From Candidatus Falkowbacteria bacterium (GTDB taxonomy: Bacteria > Patescibacteriota > Patescibacteriia > Patescibacteriales > UBA12465), in contig JBAXPN010000006.1 of assembly GCA_037132255.1 (NCBI GenBank), forward strand, positions 1 through 51,469: 51,469 bases of DNA. The letters run 5' to 3'. Positions 46,561 to 51,469 of the stretch are shown here, one piece after another (the first letter of the stretch is position 1; each line of letters opens with the position of its first letter). The notes below the pieces were generated by a model. It did not search any database, was not told the origin of the DNA, and worked only from the letters and a program-made list of their open reading frames with translations. The position numbers and the translations under genes were made by a program.

Positions 46561-47814
46561 TTATAATAAGGGTTTTTGATAATTAGGCTTATCGCTAGCA
46601 GAAAATACTTTTACTTTTCCGTATTGTCCGTCAAATCCCGGTTCAATATTAAGCTGGCCATTTCGCACTCTTCTTATACCATCAATAACTCGCGCGTCGA
46701 ACTCTGTATTAATTTTATCAAGATCTAAATCAAGGAGAATATGAAGTTCTGGGCCAAGTCTACTTATCCAAAAAGAGTATTTTTTTTGAACCGCCTTTGC
46801 GGTCCGACTTTTGACATTCAAGGCTTCTGCTATAATCTTATCTAATTCTACGAGTTTTTTAAAGGCGGGGGCGTTTTTTGGTCGATAGCCTGAGACACGG
46901 TCGGCTAATTCTTCAACCCGATTTAGAACTCCAATAACAAGCGGCCTCTTACAAATCGGGCAAAGGTTTTTTAATTTATGGCTCTCGCTCGGCTCACAAC
47001 TGAATTTACAATCCCTGTGCCCATCCAAATGATACATGCCTTCTTCGGGGTAAAATTCAATTGTTGCTATCATTCCCTTCTTATCTTTAATATTATCGTA
47101 GATTTTCTGATATGTTATCGGCTCGCTTATTTCCATGATATTCGCCTCGCGGCCAATATTATTAAGGCTATGAGCATCGGAGTTAGAAAGCAGCGTTAGC
47201 TTATCAAGCGCAGATAAGCGCCAATTCATTTCCGGATCACTTGATAATCCGGTTTCATAAGCATATATATATTTTGTCTGGTCACCAAAACAATCCTCTA
47301 ATCGATCAAAGCCTGATTTTGAACCAAAGACAGAAAACCAGGGTGTCCAAATATGAGCGGGATAGACTAAAAATTTCTCATCAATGGCTAAAAGCATTTT
47401 TACGAGTTCAGGAGCTTTAATTCCTAAAATCGGGCGGCCGTCGGAACGAATATTATATTTCTTATCTAATTGTTTATTTAATTTTTCCGCGGCAGCAATA
47501 TTAGGAGCATGGATTACTAAATGAATCCGTCTAACTTTATCGGAATCTTTATAAATAAGGGCAACTTCGCTTGATAAGATAAATTTTATCTTATCGTCAG
47601 GCGCTATTTTTAATTTATACAGTCCAGATTTAGCGTCTGTCTCGACGAGTTCGTTTTTAATAGACTCAAACCAGGCAGGATAAGTAAAATCTCCGGTCGC
47701 AATGATATCGATACCTTTTATCCGGCAGGCATGCTCAATATTTGCGAGCGTAAGACTTGGTGAACAGGCGCGCGAATATCGTGAATGAATATGGAAGTCA
47801 AGAATCTGGCGCAT
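46561..47814 (-). CDS. Endonuclease Q family (PHP domain + Zn finger)
   Basis: DFHIHSRYS, TGDFT, AHIWTPW, ETGLSSD, SNSDAHS, GREAN and CPIC..GV..RV. Confidence 0.88.
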   Translation of the reverse strand: MRQILDFHIHSRYSRACSPSLTLANIEHACRIKGIDIIATGDFTYPAWFESIKNELVETDAKSGLYKLKIAPDDKIKFILSSEVALIYKDSDKVRRIHLVIHAPNIAAAEKLNKQLDKKYNIRSDGRPILGIKAPELVKMLLAIDEKFLVYPAHIWTPWFSVFGSKSGFDRLEDCFGDQTKYIYAYETGLSSDPEMNWRLSALDKLTLLSNSDAHSLNNIGREANIMEISEPITYQKIYDNIKDKKGMIATIEFYPEEGMYHLDGHRDCKFSCEPSESHKLKNLCPICKRPLVIGVLNRVEELADRVSGYRPKNAPAFKKLVELDKIIAEALNVKSRTAKAVQKKYSFWISRLGPELHILLDLDLDKINTEFDARVIDGIRRVRNGQLNIEPGFDGQYGKVKVFSASDKPNYQKPLL

Positions 47815-47834
47815 AAATTTTTTTCTCCTTAAAA

Positions 47835-48398
47835 TTACTTCGTTTCCGTCGCAATAAAACTTGTGAAATTAAACTTTAAATCCTGAATACCTTCTTCTAA
47901 AATTTCCAAACTATATAGTTCCGCGCAGGCCTTTGAAGCAATAACGGCAGCTTCTGGCAGCAGGACTCCGTCTCTTAAATCTGCGGCGGCTTGAGCCGTG
48001 TCGCTATACTCTTCAAGTTCGACTTCTGGCCACTTTCGTTTCAAATACATTCGACATTGGCGAAGTCCTTGTTGATGGGAAACAATCTTATTAATATTAC
48101 CAGGGTTTGTTCCCTTTTTTACGAGAAGACAGTGGCGGACATCAATTTCAAAAATGTTTTCAATGTTGAAATTGTGTTTACTCATGGCATAAACTGCTTC
48201 TTGAACAATCCCACCATTAGAATTTTCTATCGGGAAAAATCCTTTATTTATGTCCTTATTGTCATAAGCACTCAAAACACCCTCGACGCTAATTAAATAT
48301 ACTATCTGGTAATTAGTAATTTTATTTTTATGGCAATAATAGAGAGCGGCTTCTTCAGAAAAACTGCCGCGGTTGCCGGAAACTCCGATTTTTAACAT
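47835..48398 (-). CDS. Prephenate dehydratase-like protein lacking the ACT domain
   Basis: G.RGSFSEEA, PIENSNGG, SHQQGL.QC and DTA.AA; ends at N.TSF. Confidence 0.8.
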   Translation of the reverse strand: MLKIGVSGNRGSFSEEAALYYCHKNKITNYQIVYLISVEGVLSAYDNKDINKGFFPIENSNGGIVQEAVYAMSKHNFNIENIFEIDVRHCLLVKKGTNPGNINKIVSHQQGLRQCRMYLKRKWPEVELEEYSDTAQAAADLRDGVLLPEAAVIASKACAELYSLEILEEGIQDLKFNFTSFIATETK

Positions 48399-48412
48399 AT
48401 TGTTAATCTTAT

Positions 48413-49159
48413 TTATTGTAATAAATTTTCGGCGATGCTTAATTCTTCCAAACTATTAACCCCCATCGCCTCATGAGCTTCAATTCCGATTGTTCCAATT
48501 TCATATCCGCCGTCAAAAGCTAATTTAACCATATCCGTTAAATAATATTCCGCTTGATTATTATTATTCTGTAGGCTCGAAATATTTTGGAAAAGCCAAT
48601 TTGTATTAAAACACATGAAGCCGGGATTAACTTCTGTAACTAATTTCTCTTCATCGCTCGCATCTTTAAATTCAATAATTTTTTCGACTCGACTATCAGC
48701 ACCGCGAATAATTCTGCCCCAGCGATAAAAGTTTTGCTGCCAGCCATCAAAATCACTTAAGTTTGTCGGCATTATTGTTACGGTTTCTGGCATTAACTTA
48801 GCAAAACTTCTAATCGACTCACTTTTAATAAACGGGTGGTCGCAATATAGAACAAGAATGCTATCTGGCTTCAGATCATTATTATCCAAACTCTCTTTTG
48901 CGCATGATACTGCGTGACCGGTGCCGAGTTGCTTATCTTGAATAACATATTCAATATTGTATTCTTTTAACTCGGCGCTAATAATATCTTTATTATCCGG
49001 CGATACAATTACAATCGGACAAGGATCCACTCCCGCCGCAACAACAGAATCCATTAAATATTTTATCATCGGCTTATTTTTTAAAGGGACGAGAGCTTTT
49101 GGTAATTCAGAATTCATACGAGTGCCTTTGCCGGCAGCGAGAATAATTATTCGTATCAT
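48413..49159 (-). CDS. GlmU-like nucleotidyltransferase (uridyltransferase domain only)
   Basis: ILAAGKGTRM..PK, QLGTGHA, EVN.G, EYYLTD and GVN. Confidence 0.88.
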   Translation of the reverse strand: MIRIIILAAGKGTRMNSELPKALVPLKNKPMIKYLMDSVVAAGVDPCPIVIVSPDNKDIISAELKEYNIEYVIQDKQLGTGHAVSCAKESLDNNDLKPDSILVLYCDHPFIKSESIRSFAKLMPETVTIMPTNLSDFDGWQQNFYRWGRIIRGADSRVEKIIEFKDASDEEKLVTEVNPGFMCFNTNWLFQNISSLQNNNNQAEYYLTDMVKLAFDGGYEIGTIGIEAHEAMGVNSLEELSIAENLLQ

Positions 49160-49251
49160 AATATATGAAAAATAAGAGAAAATATTTATTAATTTCCCTT
49201 ATATTTTAGCATTTTTGAGGCTAGGAGGCAAACGAGAATTTATGAAATATT

Positions 49252-50676
49252 TTATTTAATATAAGCTAAAATTTTAAGTTTAATTTCATTAACTATTAGT
49301 TCTGCTTTTTCTAGAGATTTAGCTTCGCCATAGATACGAATAATCGCTTCCGTATTAGAGGCGCGTAAATGAACCCAAGAGTCGGGCCAGTTTATTTTTA
49401 TGCCATCAATATCAGTAATTTTTTCCTGCGCGTAATCGCTTTTTATCATTTTTAATATATCGGCAACATTTATCTCAGAATTTAATTCCATTTTATCCTT
49501 CACCATAAAATACTCGGGCAATTCTTTTTTTAACTCTGACATTTTAATATTTTTTTGTGCCAGATGACTTAAAAATAGAGCGATACCAAGGACAGCGTCA
49601 CGTCCGTAGTGGAGTTCTGGCAAAATAATACCCCCATTCCCCTCGCCGCCAATGACGGCTTTTATTTCTTTCATCTTTGTAACAACATTAACTTCGCCGA
49701 CCGCAGCCGCTTCATATATTCCGCCGTGCTTTTCCGTAATATCTTTAAGCGCGCGGGAGGAAGAGAGATTGGAAACAGTAGTTTTATGATACTCTCCCGG
49801 ATGAGCAGCCTCAACTAAAGAAAAGTTATTTAATACATAATCTGCTATCGCAACGAGTGTATATTCCTCGCCAAACATCTCTCCGTTTTCATCAATGAAA
49901 GCTAAGCGATCAACGTCGGGATCGACGACTATACCTAAATCCGCCTTTTCTAATTTAACGCGCTCCATTATTTGGCTTAGATTTTCCGCAATCGGCTCTG
50001 GCTTATGCGCAAAGCGACCATTTGGCTCACAGTTTAATTCAATTATTTTTTTAAGGCCCAGCTCTTTAAGCAAGCTCGGCACAATCATCCCGCCGACTGA
50101 ATTTATACCATCAACGACTATTTTAAAATTCTTTTTCTTAATTAATTTCTGATCAACCAGCGATAAATTTAATACTTGTTTAATATGATCCAAATCTAGA
50201 TAAGGATTAACAATATAGGAACCAAGATTATCTTCGGGAACAAAGCTAGAGTAATTATTTTTTTCAGCTAATTCTAAAATCTTTTCACCCTCTATTTTTG
50301 AAAGAAATTCCCCCTGAGCGTCTAGGAGCTTCAGAGCGTTCCAGCCCGAGGGATTATGGCTAGCGGTGATAATAATGCCACCTTGCGCCTCCTGGCTCCT
50401 TACCGCTAGCTCTACACTAGGAGTTGAAGAAAAACCCATATCTATAACTTCGATACCAAGACTCATAAGAGCAGAGGCGACTATATTTTTAAGCATTTCG
50501 CCTGATATACGTGCATCGCGCCCGATTACTACTTTATGCTTTAAATTAGGGCTGATTTGGATAATATAAGTGCCATAAGCCAGACTAAACTTAAGGATAT
50601 CAAGAGGGGTTAAATTTTCTCCTGGCACGCCACCGATATTACCGCGAATACCAGAAATTGATTTTATTAGAGACAT
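49252..50676 (-). CDS. glmM: Phosphoglucosamine mutase / phosphohexomutase
   Basis: SISGIRG, ITASHNP, DPDVDR, GGEGNGG and R.SNTE. Confidence 0.88.
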   Translation of the reverse strand: MSLIKSISGIRGNIGGVPGENLTPLDILKFSLAYGTYIIQISPNLKHKVVIGRDARISGEMLKNIVASALMSLGIEVIDMGFSSTPSVELAVRSQEAQGGIIITASHNPSGWNALKLLDAQGEFLSKIEGEKILELAEKNNYSSFVPEDNLGSYIVNPYLDLDHIKQVLNLSLVDQKLIKKKNFKIVVDGINSVGGMIVPSLLKELGLKKIIELNCEPNGRFAHKPEPIAENLSQIMERVKLEKADLGIVVDPDVDRLAFIDENGEMFGEEYTLVAIADYVLNNFSLVEAAHPGEYHKTTVSNLSSSRALKDITEKHGGIYEAAAVGEVNVVTKMKEIKAVIGGEGNGGIILPELHYGRDAVLGIALFLSHLAQKNIKMSELKKELPEYFMVKDKMELNSEINVADILKMIKSDYAQEKITDIDGIKINWPDSWVHLRASNTEAIIRIYGEAKSLEKAELIVNEIKLKILAYIK

Positions 50677-50810
50677 AAATATATTGTATTTAACTAATAT
50701 TTTAATTATATCAGTCTTTTCCCCAATTAAAAAACCACCGAATTAATCCGATGGCTTTTTGAATGGCTTCTAAGATCAGAAATAAATTTCCGATTAAAAA
50801 ACACCATTGT

Positions 50811-50924
50811 TCTGGCGGCGACCTACTTTCCCAGGGCTCAGGCCCAAGTATCATCGGCGCTGGAGGGCTTGACTACTGAGTTCGGGATGGGATCAGGTAT
50901 GACCCCTCCGCTCAAACCACCAGA
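50811..50924 (-). rRNA. rrf: 5S rRNA
   Basis: Minus strand contains ATCCCATCCCGAACTCAG, AGCGCCGATGATAC and AAAGTAGGTC; ends pair. Confidence 0.95.
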
Positions 50925-51009
50925 ACAATGGCGTCTTTTATATATACCATTGTTAGATAACAAAATTCATTTACAGTAAAGAATCAGAAACATTTTAAAA
51001 TAAAAGTGT

Positions 51010-51469
<460 letters not shown>

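Overview
AT-rich bacterial chromosome segment using the standard code. Gene content, truncated pathways, scarce Shine-Dalgarno motifs and many apparently leaderless genes suggest a Patescibacteria/CPR (Parcubacteria-like) genome; this assignment is inference. The window is mostly housekeeping: murE, ftsK, a yebC-ruvC-glgA-GH57 operon, gpmA, polA, holA, rpsT-rpsO-NYN-pnp, rpsP-khpA-trmD, infB-rbfA-DHH, rny-HU, adk, recA, EndoQ, glmM, 8 tRNAs, 5S rRNA and the 3' end of 23S rRNA. Single accessory genes are interspersed. Main points of interest: (1) a candidate stand-alone ~280-nt ncRNA between dgt and polA with two 42-nt repeats whose hairpins show compensatory base changes; (2) a MurL-epimerase/MurD2-like ligase fusion; (3) a likely 6S RNA upstream of rny; (4) a frameshift-split ~900-aa receiver-like/UPF1-type SF1 helicase; (5) a glycogen operon carrying two unexplained kinases; (6) a split OatA-like AT3+SGNH pair; (7) structured leaders at rpsO, pnp and khpA. 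No CRISPR array or transposase was seen. All calls are by eye from sequence motifs; no database searches were run.
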